Below are positions 1 through 9,850 of a DNA stretch of 32,000 nt, in pieces; positions within the stretch are counted from its first letter, which is position 1; every line of letters starts with the position of its first letter. The DNA comes from Horticoccus luteus (GTDB lineage Bacteria > Verrucomicrobiota > Verrucomicrobiia > Opitutales > Opitutaceae). The position numbers and the translations under genes were made by a program. The stretch is taken from NCBI RefSeq assembly GCF_019464535.1, contig NZ_CP080507.1, positions 3,270,001 through 3,302,000 on the forward strand, given 5' to 3'. The notes below the pieces were generated by a model that worked only from the letters and a program-made list of their open reading frames with translations, made no database searches and was not told where the DNA came from.

Positions 1-283
1 CATCCGGCGGAATCTCGCCGGGCGTGATGCGAATGGCTTTCGGCGGGCAGACGAACTCACACAGCTGACAGGAAACACATTTCTCCCGGCCGTTGGGATC
101 CTTCACCAACGTGGGCACGCCGCGGTAGCCCGCCGGAATCGCCGGCCGCTCCTCGGGATACTCCATCGTGACCTTCGGCGCCATCAGGTGTTTGAACGTG
201 ATCTTCATGCCGCTGAGGATTTGCGGCATGTAGGTGCGCTCCGCGAAGGAGAGCGGTTTGCGATCGACGGGAATGACGGCCAT
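1..283 (-). CDS. nuoI: NADH-quinone oxidoreductase subunit I (NuoI), N-terminal 94 codons; the 3' end runs off the window
   Basis: Hand translation of the minus strand from the ATG (complement of 281-283): MAVIPVDRKPLSFAERTYMPQILSGMKITFKHLMAPKVTMEYPEERPAIPAGYRGVPTLVKDPNGREKCVSCQLCEFVCPPKAIRITPGEIPPD. It contains a CxxCxxCxxxCP 4Fe-4S ferredoxin motif and lies directly downstream of nuoH. It is absent from the ORF track because there is no stop inside the window. Confidence 0.85.
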   Translation of the reverse strand, partial: MAVIPVDRKPLSFAERTYMPQILSGMKITFKHLMAPKVTMEYPEERPAIPAGYRGVPTLVKDPNGREKCVSCQLCEFVCPPKAIRITPGEIPPD

Positions 284-406
284 GGCGAAAAAGAAATTAA
301 GAGTGGAGCACAGAAGCCACAAAGCGCAGCGAGAACGCACCGCGATTGCCCGCCGGACTCATTTCCGCGGTCGCTGTGCTTCCTTCGTGGGCGCTAGGTG
401 CGAAGA

Positions 407-1564
407 TCATTTTTGCAGAAGAGCGATGCCCACCGTGTAAACGATAAGGTTGGCGATCGCGAGCGGCAGCAGGCGCTGCCAGCCGATTTTCATCACTTGA
501 TCGTAACGGAAACGAGGCAGCGTCCAGCGAACCCACATGAACACGAAGAGCATCGTAATGATCTTTGTGATGAAGATGACGACGGAGAGCACCCCCACGA
601 AAAGCGGATGCGCGGCCCAGGCTCCGAGGTGGCTCAACCAGCCGATCAGCGTCGCCAGCGAGACCCACGGCAGCGGATTCCAGCCGCCGAGAAACAGCAG
701 GATGAACACGCCCGAACCGACGGTCATGTGCGCGTATTCGTTGACGAAGAAGAGCGACCACTTGAACGCGCCGTATTCCGTGTGAAATCCGCCGACGAGA
801 TCGGCTTCCGATTCCGGCATGTCGAATGGCTGGCGGTTCGTCTCCGCGAAAAGCGAGACGAGAAAAACGAACGCGGAAATCGGCATAGTAAACACGAACC
901 ACGCCCCGCCCCAGAATCCGGCCTGGCTCTGGAAATCGACCACCCGCGCAAGGCTTAACGAACCGCTCATGCCCGGGGCGTTGATCCACAGGAAAACCGG
1001 GAGCACCGACAACGTCATCGCCAGCTCGTAGGAAACGAGCTGCGAAGTCGCGCGCACCGCGCCGAGGAAGGGGTATTTGGAGTTGGACGCCCACCCCGCC
1101 AGGATCAGCGAATAGACACCCAGCGAAGAAACCGCGAACACCGCGAGCAACCCGACATCGACGTTGGCCAGCACCAGCGGAATCAGGTGTCCGGCTTGAT
1201 CGAAATACGCCCCGAACGGGACAACGACCACGGTCGTGAACGCCGGCACCAAGCCAACCAGCGGCGCCAGCATGAAGTAGAATTTGTTCACGTGGCCCGG
1301 GATCGGGTCTTCCTTGAACAACAGCTTGCCGCCGTCCGCCATGAGATGGAACACCCCGAGGCGTTGCAGGAACGGACCGATCACCGGCACCCACGCAAAC
1401 CACGGCGGAATCGCCCGGTTCGGCCCCGGACGGCCTTGGATCCACGCGGAGACTTTCCGCTCGGCGAGCGAACAGACGCCCGCGATCGGGAAGATCACGA
1501 GGATGACGGCAAGACCCTTCAGGATGCCCAGCAGGATCGGATGGAGTTGAAAAAAGTCGGACAT
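407..1564 (-). CDS. nuoH: NADH-quinone oxidoreductase subunit H (NuoH), polytopic membrane subunit
   Basis: ORF 407..1579. The ATG at 1564 gives MSDFFQLHPILLG; the codon at 1579 is TTG. The protein is highly hydrophobic with NuoH/ND1-type segments (AERKVSAWIQGRPGPNR, FAETNRQPFDMPESEADLVGGFHTEY, RWTLPRFRYDQ). Confidence 0.95.
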   Translation of the reverse strand: MSDFFQLHPILLGILKGLAVILVIFPIAGVCSLAERKVSAWIQGRPGPNRAIPPWFAWVPVIGPFLQRLGVFHLMADGGKLLFKEDPIPGHVNKFYFMLAPLVGLVPAFTTVVVVPFGAYFDQAGHLIPLVLANVDVGLLAVFAVSSLGVYSLILAGWASNSKYPFLGAVRATSQLVSYELAMTLSVLPVFLWINAPGMSGSLSLARVVDFQSQAGFWGGAWFVFTMPISAFVFLVSLFAETNRQPFDMPESEADLVGGFHTEYGAFKWSLFFVNEYAHMTVGSGVFILLFLGGWNPLPWVSLATLIGWLSHLGAWAAHPLFVGVLSVVIFITKIITMLFVFMWVRWTLPRFRYDQVMKIGWQRLLPLAIANLIVYTVGIALLQK

Positions 1565-1621
1565 GGCGCCGGCGATCAAACGAAGCGGGACCGCGGCAGC
1601 CGGAAGGCTTTGGCGGGACGA

Positions 1622-1643
1622 ACGAAACGCGAACGCGTTTCGT
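1622..1643. other. Perfect inverted repeat ACGAAACGCG-AA-CGCGTTTCGT in the nuoG-nuoH intergenic gap
   Basis: Read directly: 1622-1631 is the reverse complement of 1634-1643. It lies inside the operon between the nuoG stop (1674) and the nuoH start (1564). No U-run follows it on the transcribed strand. Confidence 0.3.
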
Positions 1644-1673
1644 CATGACGGAAGGATGGGAGCCGCGGCGTGG

Positions 1674-3377
1674 TCATGCGGTCGCCAGGGCGGGGGCCGC
1701 CGCGGGTTTATAGTGCAACGTCTCGCCTTCCACAAAGGGCAGTGCGCTCCACGGCGTGCCGTCGAGGAGCAGGCCGGTGTCAGGGATGTTACGATAGGTC
1801 ATGGTGGCGAGGGCCGGCACTTCGGCGGCGAGTTGCGCCCAGATCGCCGGGAGGTCAGCAGCAATCGCGGCACCGCCGGCGGCAGCAATGAGCGCACTCA
1901 GCGCAGCGAGGTCGTCGCTCGCGCCCGCGGGCCCGGGCACGGCCCGGGCGAATTTCTGAATCCGGAACTGCTGGTTGATGAATGTGCCCGCCTTTTCAAA
2001 GACGGTGAGGGTCGGCACGACGATCTTCGCCGCGACGCTCGTCGCGTTCGCGTGCGTGCCCAGATAAACAATCGATACCTTGGCGAGCTGCGCGGCGGTC
2101 AGGCCGGCCGCCGCCAGATCTTCACCGATCGCGACGACCGTCTTCACCTGGCCGGCCTCGATCGCGGCGCCGAGCGCGGCGAGTTGAGCGGAGGGCAGGG
2201 TGTCGATGAGGCCGGTGACGAGCGCTCCGCGGAGGTTCGGATTGCGATCAGCGGAGATGAGAATCTTGTCGCCCTGCCCCACCCGGCTGACGAGTGAGAC
2301 GCGTGCCCCGAGCGTCGCGGCGAGCTGCTTCGTGAGGAACTGTTCCTCCACGGTGCTGCGCCCCGAGCCCACGACCGCGACGGCCCCAGCCTGGAACAGC
2401 GTCGAAGCCGCGGCGGCGGCCGAGGCCAGCGTGCCGGCGGCGCCCTGCACGGTGATCGCGCTCAAGCGGTCGGGTGCCGCCACTTGCTTGTAAAGGAGCC
2501 GTCCGCTGTCCGCCATCCAAGTGTCGTTCACTGCATCGTTGCGCCGCGGCGTGATGCGATAGATCACGCCCTCGCGCGACCACACGACGGTGTTGGCGCC
2601 AACGGAAGATTCGGTGTCGATGCTGTTGGTCTGCTTCAGAAACCACACGCGCATTTTGAACCGGAAATCGGTGCTCGTGAGCGCGCCCACCGGGCAGATG
2701 TCGACGGTGTTGAGCGAGTAATTGTTCTCCAGTTGCTTGCCCGGGTAACACGTGAGCGTGGAGAAGCTGCCGCGGTCGATGAACCCGAGCACATCATCCT
2801 TCGCGACTTCCTTGCAGAAGCGGATGCAGCGGGAGCACAGGATGCAGCGTTCATCGTCGAGCATGACGCGCGGCCCGAGCGGCGTGCGCTTCGGCTTCAC
2901 GTTTTTCTGCTCTACGAAGCGGGAATAACCGCGACCGTATTGCGTCGCCTGTTCCTGCAATTTGCATTCGCCGGCCTGGTCACAAATCGGGCAGTCGAGC
3001 GGATGATTGATGAGGAGAAACTCCATCACGCCCTCGCGGCAGTCCTTGATTTGCGGCGTGGTGGTGCGCACGTGCAGGCCGGGCGAAACATTCGTCGCAC
3101 AACCGATCTGAGGCCGCGGCATCCAGTTGATCTTCTGCTTGCCGCTCGCCGGATCCATGATGGGCGCCTTCGTGGCCGGATCGACGGCGGGAAGCCCCAT
3201 CTCGATCAGACACATGCGGCAATTGCCTACGACCGAGAGTTTCGGGTGGTAGCAATAGTGCGGCACGTCGATCGCGACGAGGCGCGCGGCCTCGATGACG
3301 TTGGTGCCGCGGGGCACGGCGATCTCCTTGCCGTCAATGTTGACGGTCACGAGGTCGGGTTGAGCGGGAGCGATCAT
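1674..3377 (-). CDS. nuoG: NADH-quinone oxidoreductase subunit G (NuoG), short 567-aa form
   Basis: The N-terminus has a 2Fe-2S ferredoxin-like fold (VPHYCYHPKLSVVGNCRMCLIEMG), an HPLDCPICDQAGECKLQ cluster motif, and CILCSRCIRFC plus DICPVGALT 4Fe-4S motifs. It sits between nuoF and nuoH. Confidence 0.9.
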   Translation of the reverse strand: MIAPAQPDLVTVNIDGKEIAVPRGTNVIEAARLVAIDVPHYCYHPKLSVVGNCRMCLIEMGLPAVDPATKAPIMDPASGKQKINWMPRPQIGCATNVSPGLHVRTTTPQIKDCREGVMEFLLINHPLDCPICDQAGECKLQEQATQYGRGYSRFVEQKNVKPKRTPLGPRVMLDDERCILCSRCIRFCKEVAKDDVLGFIDRGSFSTLTCYPGKQLENNYSLNTVDICPVGALTSTDFRFKMRVWFLKQTNSIDTESSVGANTVVWSREGVIYRITPRRNDAVNDTWMADSGRLLYKQVAAPDRLSAITVQGAAGTLASAAAAASTLFQAGAVAVVGSGRSTVEEQFLTKQLAATLGARVSLVSRVGQGDKILISADRNPNLRGALVTGLIDTLPSAQLAALGAAIEAGQVKTVVAIGEDLAAAGLTAAQLAKVSIVYLGTHANATSVAAKIVVPTLTVFEKAGTFINQQFRIQKFARAVPGPAGASDDLAALSALIAAAGGAAIAADLPAIWAQLAAEVPALATMTYRNIPDTGLLLDGTPWSALPFVEGETLHYKPAAAPALATA

Positions 3378-3492
3378 CGGAACGGAAATTTTATGGGCCG
3401 CGTCGGGGTGCGTCGAGGCGAAGGTCGGAAAATCAACTGGGAATCAGGCGAAGGAGCGTGGCATCAGGGTTGGGACTCTCGGTTCAGCGCGG

Positions 3493-4845
3493 TCAGATCA
3501 ACTCCGTCGCGCCGTTCGGCCGGAGCGACTTCGGCGCCGCCGGGTATTGCGTAAATTCGTCGCCGAATTTTGCGAGAAAGCTTTGCGTCGGCCATGAGCA
3601 GGCTTCGCCAAATGCGCAGATGGTGCGGCCCGGAATCTGGTCCGCGACGCTCTTGAGTAACGCCCCATCCTCCACGCGCGCTTCGCCATGCACCATGCGG
3701 CTGGTGATTTTTTTCATCCAGAGCGAACCCTCGCGGCACGGCGTGCACTGGCCGCAGCTCTCGTGGGCGTAGAACGCGTTAATATTCGCGAGCGCTTCGA
3801 CCATGTTGACGGAATCATCCATGACGATGACGCCGCCCGAGCCACCCATCGTGCCGATCATGCCGAGTGAATCGAAATCCATGGGCACGTCTTCAACGCC
3901 CCAGTCGTATTCCTCGCCCGCGCGAGTCTTGCCCTTGAAGCGTTCGCCGAACTTCAAAATTTTCGCCGACGAGCCGCCGGGGATCACGGCCTTGAACTTG
4001 CGTCCCGGGAGCGGTCCTCCGCAGACCTCGTTGAGCAACTGGCCCATCGTGATCTTGCCGGTCTCGAATTCATAGTAACCCGGCCGCTGCACGTGGCCGC
4101 TCACGCAGAAGATGCGCGTGCCGGTGTTGTTGGGCGTGCCGATCTTCGTGTAAGCGTCGCCGCCCATGTCGACAATATGCTTCACGTGGCAAAGCGTCTC
4201 CACGTTGTTCACGATGGTGGGGCATTGGTAGAGGCCGAGCACCGCCGGGAAATACGGGGGCTTGATGCGCGGGTAGGCGCGTTTGCCTTCGAGCGACTCG
4301 ATGAGCCCCGTCTCCTCGCCGCAGATGTAAGCGCCCGCCCCGCGGTGAACGTAAATTTCGCAACTGTAGCCGCTGCCCAGCACGTCCGGCCCGACAAAAT
4401 TTTGCTCCCGCGCCTCGGCGATCGCCGTCTCAAGAATGCGCGCGCCGTGCGGAAATTCGCCGCGAATATAAATGTAGGCCTGCTTCACGTTGTTCGCGAA
4501 ACAGGAGATCATGATGCCCTCGATCAGCTGGTGCGGATCCTGGTGCATGATGTAGCGATCCTTGAACGTGCCCGGCTCCGACTCGTCGGCGTTGACGATC
4601 AGATAAATGGGTTTGCCGCTCTTGCGATCGACGAGGCCCCACTTCACGCCGCAGGGGAAACCGGCGCCACCCCGGCCCCGCACGCCGGACTTCTTCACCT
4701 CCGCAATGAGGTCCTCGGGTTTGCGCCCGATGCTCTTCTTCAAGACCTCGTAGCCGCCGTTCCGCAGGTAACACGCGATGTCATTCGTGTAGCCGGGTTC
4801 GTCGATGTGCTGGAAAATGAGACGGCGTTGTTCGGGCGCGGACAT
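3493..4845 (-). CDS. nuoF: NADH-quinone oxidoreductase subunit F (NuoF), NADH/FMN-binding
   Basis: 450 aa. GVRGRGGAGFPCGVKW (FMN/NADH site), ADESEPGTFKDR, and ESCGQCTPCREG (N3 4Fe-4S). Confidence 0.95.
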   Translation of the reverse strand: MSAPEQRRLIFQHIDEPGYTNDIACYLRNGGYEVLKKSIGRKPEDLIAEVKKSGVRGRGGAGFPCGVKWGLVDRKSGKPIYLIVNADESEPGTFKDRYIMHQDPHQLIEGIMISCFANNVKQAYIYIRGEFPHGARILETAIAEAREQNFVGPDVLGSGYSCEIYVHRGAGAYICGEETGLIESLEGKRAYPRIKPPYFPAVLGLYQCPTIVNNVETLCHVKHIVDMGGDAYTKIGTPNNTGTRIFCVSGHVQRPGYYEFETGKITMGQLLNEVCGGPLPGRKFKAVIPGGSSAKILKFGERFKGKTRAGEEYDWGVEDVPMDFDSLGMIGTMGGSGGVIVMDDSVNMVEALANINAFYAHESCGQCTPCREGSLWMKKITSRMVHGEARVEDGALLKSVADQIPGRTICAFGEACSWPTQSFLAKFGDEFTQYPAAPKSLRPNGATELI

Positions 4846-4914
4846 GAAGGGAAGAAACGGATCGTGAAGAAACGGCAGTTGCTTGGATGCTTTGAACAGA
4901 AGGCTCGCCGCGCG

Positions 4915-5424
4915 CTACGGGCGGCTCGCCCCTTTCTTTTGGCCGGCTTCGGCTTTGATTTGATCGCTCAGTTGCTTGGCCTTCGCGGCATCGACTTTTT
5001 CGTGCAGCTCGTCGTCGATCATGACCACTGGCGCAGTGCCACAGCTCGCGAGGCATTCGACAAACTCCACCGTCACCTCGCCGTCGGGCGAGATTTCGCC
5101 TGGGCCGGCGCGCGTGTTGAATTCTTTTTCGAACGTCGCGCACGTCTTGTAGCCGCCCATCAACGCACACGACAACGTGCGGCAAACCTTGATATGGCGC
5201 CGCCCGATCGGCTGCTGCCGAAACATCGGATAAAACGTCACCAGTTCGTAAACGTTGATCGGCTCCAGCTCCAGCTTCGCCGCGATCCACTCGATCGCCT
5301 CCGGCGAGATGTAGCCGGCGTCTTCCTGGATCAGGTGCAGGAGCGGCAGGGTGGCGCTGCGTTTCGACGGGTAATGCGGAATTACCTCATCGATGCGCTT
5401 CAAAGTGTCGGGCTTGAGATTCAT
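4915..5424 (-). CDS. nuoE: NADH-quinone oxidoreductase subunit E (NuoE), 2Fe-2S
   Basis: 169 aa. Thioredoxin-like 2Fe-2S pattern (VCRTLSCALMGG ... ECLASCGTAPV). It sits between nuoD and nuoF. Confidence 0.93.
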   Translation of the reverse strand: MNLKPDTLKRIDEVIPHYPSKRSATLPLLHLIQEDAGYISPEAIEWIAAKLELEPINVYELVTFYPMFRQQPIGRRHIKVCRTLSCALMGGYKTCATFEKEFNTRAGPGEISPDGEVTVEFVECLASCGTAPVVMIDDELHEKVDAAKAKQLSDQIKAEAGQKKGASRP

Positions 5425-5565
5425 CGGCCGGAAGGAACGGGTCGCGCATCGGAAGCCGCGAGCGCCCGCTGGCAGCTCACGATGCTTTCCTCGCGGTGAC
5501 TGGAAGAAAAATGGAGGTTGGTTTTCAATTTGCTCACGGCTCCCCGTTCGATGTGCGTCGCTGGT

Positions 5566-6807
5566 TCAACGGTCACACTCGCCCATCACGAAGTCGAGCG
5601 AGCCGAGGATGGAGACCACGTCGGACACCATGGTGCCGACGCAGAGTTTGGGCAGAATCGAGAGATTGCAGAACGAAGGGGCGCGGATCTTCAACCGCCA
5701 CGGCACGCCGCCGCCCCGGCTGACGACGTAAAAGCCCAAAGCTCCTTTGGGGTTCTCCGCTTCGAAATATACTTCGCCCGCCGGCATCTGCGGCCCTTCT
5801 GTCACCAACATGAAGTTCTGAATCAGCTCCTCCATGGAGGTCAGCACCTTGCTTTTCGGCGGCACGAAAATCTTTTTCGCGTCGGTCGCATACCACGGCC
5901 CGTCGGGAAACTTCGCCAGCACCTGCCGGATGATGCGCACCGACTGGCGCATTTCCTCACCGCGCACGAGGTAGCGGTCGTAGCAATCGCCCGTCGCTCC
6001 CACCGGCACGTCGAACTCGTATTGTTCGTAACCGCTGTAAGGTTTGTCTTTGCGCAAATCGAGCGGCACACCCGAACCGCGGAGATTTGGCCCCGTGATG
6101 CCGTAGGCGAGCGCATCCGCCTTCGAAATCACCCCGATGTCCACGGTGCGATCCATGAAGATCTTATTGCGCGTCAACAACTGCATCGTCTCCTCAAGAA
6201 TCGGGAGAAACTGATCGCAAAACGCCCCCACCCGGCCGAGCCAGCCCTCGGGCACGTCGCGCGCCACGCCACCAATGCGCGAATAGCTCGTGGTGAACCG
6301 CGCCCCCGTCAGCTCCTCGAACAACGTGTAAAGTTTTTCGCGTTCCTGAAAACTGTAGAGAAACACCGTCCACGCGCCCACATCGATGCCGAACGCCCCC
6401 AAGCCGAGCAGGTGCGACGAAATGCGCGCCATCTCCGCCGTCAGCACGCGAATCGCGTGGCAACGCGCCGGCACCTCCAGCTTCGCGAGCTTCTCCACCG
6501 CGATCGCGTAGGCCATGTTGTTGGCCAGCGGCGCGAGGTAGTCCAACCGGTCCGTGTAAGGCACGAACTGGTTATAAGTCATGTTCTCCGCAATCTTCTC
6601 GTCGCCCCGGTGCAGGTAACCGATCACCGGATCGCACTTCGTCACGGTCTCGCCATCCAACTCCAGTTGGAGCCGCAACACACCGTGCGTCGAGGGATGG
6701 GAGGGCCCCATCGAGAGCGACATCTTTTCAGTCTGAAACTCGCCCTCGGGCGGATGCGCGGCGGCGGTTCTGGCGCCAGCTTCGGGAAAGGTAAATTCTT
6801 GAGCCAT
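5566..6807 (-). CDS. nuoD: NADH-quinone oxidoreductase subunit D (NuoD)
   Basis: The internal ATG at 6807 of ORF 5566..7203 gives MAQEFTF...MGPSHPSTHGVLRLQLELDGE...HRGDEKIAE...ECDR, typical of the 49-kDa subunit. The 5' extension of the ORF is Arg/Gly-rich junk that overlaps nuoC. Confidence 0.95.
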   Translation of the reverse strand: MAQEFTFPEAGARTAAAHPPEGEFQTEKMSLSMGPSHPSTHGVLRLQLELDGETVTKCDPVIGYLHRGDEKIAENMTYNQFVPYTDRLDYLAPLANNMAYAIAVEKLAKLEVPARCHAIRVLTAEMARISSHLLGLGAFGIDVGAWTVFLYSFQEREKLYTLFEELTGARFTTSYSRIGGVARDVPEGWLGRVGAFCDQFLPILEETMQLLTRNKIFMDRTVDIGVISKADALAYGITGPNLRGSGVPLDLRKDKPYSGYEQYEFDVPVGATGDCYDRYLVRGEEMRQSVRIIRQVLAKFPDGPWYATDAKKIFVPPKSKVLTSMEELIQNFMLVTEGPQMPAGEVYFEAENPKGALGFYVVSRGGGVPWRLKIRAPSFCNLSILPKLCVGTMVSDVVSILGSLDFVMGECDR

Positions 6808-6842
6808 GGTGGGCAAGGTGCGGTGGACAGTAAGGACGGCGG

Positions 6843-7466
<624 letters not shown>

Positions 7467-7480
7467 GCGCGAATCGATGA

Positions 7481-7990
7481 TCAGGCGGTGAAAAGTTTTC
7501 CAGCGGCGGGTTCGTGGCGGACCTTGTCTTGCAACCGCATCAACCCGTCGAGCAATGCCTCCGGCCGCGGCGGACACCCGCTCACATACACGTCGACGGG
7601 CACGATGCGATCCACGCCCTGCAGCGTGGCATAGCTGCGATACATGCCGCCTGTCGAAGCGCAGGCGCCCATCGCAATCACCCATTTGGGGGACGACATT
7701 TGATCGTAAATCCGCCGCACCTGCGGTGCCATTTTATAGGTCACCGTGCCGGCGACGATCATGCAGTCGGCCTGCCGGGGGGAGAAACGCATCACCTCCG
7801 CGCCAAACCGCGCGATGTCGAACCGCGCGCCGCCCGAGCCCATCAACTCGATGGCGCAACACGCGAGACCCATGGGCATCGGCCACATCGAGTTGGTGCG
7901 CACCCAATTGATGATCGCATCCCGCCGCGAGACGATGACTTCGCCTTCAATCTTGCTGTCGTAGCCGAGTTCAGTGCGGGAGGAGACCAT
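7481..7990 (-). CDS. nuoB: NADH-quinone oxidoreductase subunit B (NuoB); first gene of the visible operon
   Basis: 169 aa. [17 protein letters not shown] and [10 protein letters not shown] are the N2 cluster ligand motifs. GGAG lies about 12 nt upstream of the ATG. Confidence 0.95.
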   Translation of the reverse strand: MVSSRTELGYDSKIEGEVIVSRRDAIINWVRTNSMWPMPMGLACCAIELMGSGGARFDIARFGAEVMRFSPRQADCMIVAGTVTYKMAPQVRRIYDQMSSPKWVIAMGACASTGGMYRSYATLQGVDRIVPVDVYVSGCPPRPEALLDGLMRLQDKVRHEPAAGKLFTA

Positions 7991-8224
7991 AAGAGAAAAA
8001 CTCCGCTAGGGTTGAAGCGGCGACCCTGCCGCGCAAGTCGCTTTTCGAGAAACCGTATCCTGCGGCCACTTAGAAGCGGGAGCAAGCGAGCTTGGAAGCG
8101 GGGCTCACCCCGGCGCACCTTCCGTGGAAAACGCGGGTTTTCCGTTGACCGCGTGCGGATGGCCTTGCTTCTTAACCGCTCCCTTCGAGGCCAACGGAAG
8201 TCCGGCGGTCTCGGCGGGCCTCCC

Positions 8225-8312
<88 letters not shown>

Positions 8313-8529
8313 GTTTTCGGCGGCCGCGTTTTAACGCCACCGCGTTCACCGGCTCACGGCCTGAGGTGCCTCGCCGACATCGGCTTCATAAACACCCTGC
8401 CCCGTTACGCGCGGCCGACCGCGTGTCGCCTTTGCACCATCTGCGGCAATCCGCCCCGGCGCGCTCAACTTCTCCCTCGCCACGCCGCGCCGCGTGTTTC
8501 ATTTCGTTCCCCTTCCTCTCCTCACTTTT

Positions 8530-9546
8530 ATGGCTAAAATTCCGTCCAAGCCCCGCATTCTCACCACCACCGTTGGCTCTTATCCGGTGCCGGACTGGCT
8601 CGCCGCCCTCCCCAGCGAACAGGCCGTGATCGATGCCACGCGCGTCGTGTTCGATATCCAACGCCAGGCCGGCATCGACCTCCCCACCGACGGCGAACTC
8701 TACCGCTTCGACGTCAACCACCCCGATACCAACGGCATGATCGAATACTTCATCCGACCGATGGCCGGGGTTTCGTCCGTCGTCGGCCGCTCGGTCACCG
8801 AGGAATTTGCCCGCCATGACCCGATGGGCTTCCGCCGCAAACCCGCCGGCGTCATCACCGGCAAACTCGGCGAAGGCTCCCTCAATCTCCTCGCCGACTG
8901 CCAGCGCGCCGCTGCGGTCGCCGGCGGCGCCTTCAAGTTCACCGTCACGAGCCCCTACATGCTCGCGCGCACGCTCCTCGATCACCACTACGGCAGCTTC
9001 GACAAGGTCGTCCTCGCGCTGGGCGAAGTCCTCGCCGCGCAAATGCCCGCGCTCCCCGCCGAATGCGTGCAGGTTGATGAAGCCAACATCCCCGGCAATC
9101 CCGACGATGCGCCCGTCGCCGCCGCCGCGATGAATCTCGTCCTCGACCAGATCGAAGGCGAACGCGCGGTCCACTTCTGCTTCGGCAACTACGGCGGCCA
9201 GACCATCCAGAAGGGCAACTGGCAAAAACTCGTTCACTTCCTCAACTCGCTGCACACCGATCACCTCGTTCTGGAACTCGCGCATCGCCCCGCGAGCGAC
9301 CTCAACGCCCTCAAGGAAATCGACAAGGAAATCGCCCTCGGCGTCGGCGTCGTCGATATCAAGGTCAACCACATCGAAACGCCCGACGAAGTCGCCGCGC
9401 GCATCGAGGCCGTGGAGAAAAAAGTCGGCGAAGGGCGCGTGCGCTGGGTCCACCCTGACTGCGGTTTCTGGATGCTTAAACGCTCCATCGCCGACCGCAA
9501 AATGGAAGCCCTCGTCCTCGGCCGCGACAAATACCTCGGCTTGTAA
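8530..9546 (+). CDS. Cobalamin-independent methionine synthase (MetE C-terminal domain)-like methyltransferase, short single-domain form
   Basis: ORF 8494..9546 starts at a GTG; the ATG at 8530 gives MAKIPSKPRILTTTVGSYPVPDWL. Family-typical segments are TDGELYR, HFCFGNY and WVHPDCGF (Zn ligand His/Cys positions). Confidence 0.82.
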   Translation: MAKIPSKPRILTTTVGSYPVPDWLAALPSEQAVIDATRVVFDIQRQAGIDLPTDGELYRFDVNHPDTNGMIEYFIRPMAGVSSVVGRSVTEEFARHDPMGFRRKPAGVITGKLGEGSLNLLADCQRAAAVAGGAFKFTVTSPYMLARTLLDHHYGSFDKVVLALGEVLAAQMPALPAECVQVDEANIPGNPDDAPVAAAAMNLVLDQIEGERAVHFCFGNYGGQTIQKGNWQKLVHFLNSLHTDHLVLELAHRPASDLNALKEIDKEIALGVGVVDIKVNHIETPDEVAARIEAVEKKVGEGRVRWVHPDCGFWMLKRSIADRKMEALVLGRDKYLGL

Positions 9547-9850
9547 ATCGGCCGGTCGGAAACGCCATCCGCAGCCGAACTGCGAACTCCTATGTCTTCC
9601 GCAGACAGAGGTCGGCACCGCTGCCCGGGATCCCAGGAGCACACGCGTCCCGCGTGCCGCCATGGGCGTCGCGTCCAAGCCTTTCGCGATAGTTTCGACG
9701 AGACACCGACACGCGATCTCGAGACGCGCGCTCTCTCAGGATTGACCTGACCGCACGACGTCTCGCGGTCGCCGCACCGAATTTCGTCTTTCCCGCCTTC
9801 GAATTCCGCCTCCGCATTCGAACTCCCCTTCTTCGCATTCCCCTTTCCCC

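Noticed and set aside
7991-8224. Possible hidden nuoA or another small gene between nuoB and the tRNA
   Set aside because: No hydrophobic ORF of adequate length exists in any frame. The only long frame (7843..8349) overlaps the tRNA antisense and is Arg/Pro-rich.
8313-8529. Possible SAM or cobalamin riboswitch upstream of the MetE-like gene
   Set aside because: I could not recognise a B12 box or the conserved SAM-I/SAM-II core segments by eye. A covariance-model scan (Rfam/Infernal) would be needed to settle this, and absence is not proven.
8386-9678. A 430-aa minus-strand ORF opposite the MetE-like gene, and plus-strand ORFs 13739..15019, 15062..15970 and 17259..18902 opposite the DegT, regulator, kinase and VWA genes
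   Set aside because: Same reasoning: they are antisense to motif-bearing genes and have low-complexity Arg-rich translations.
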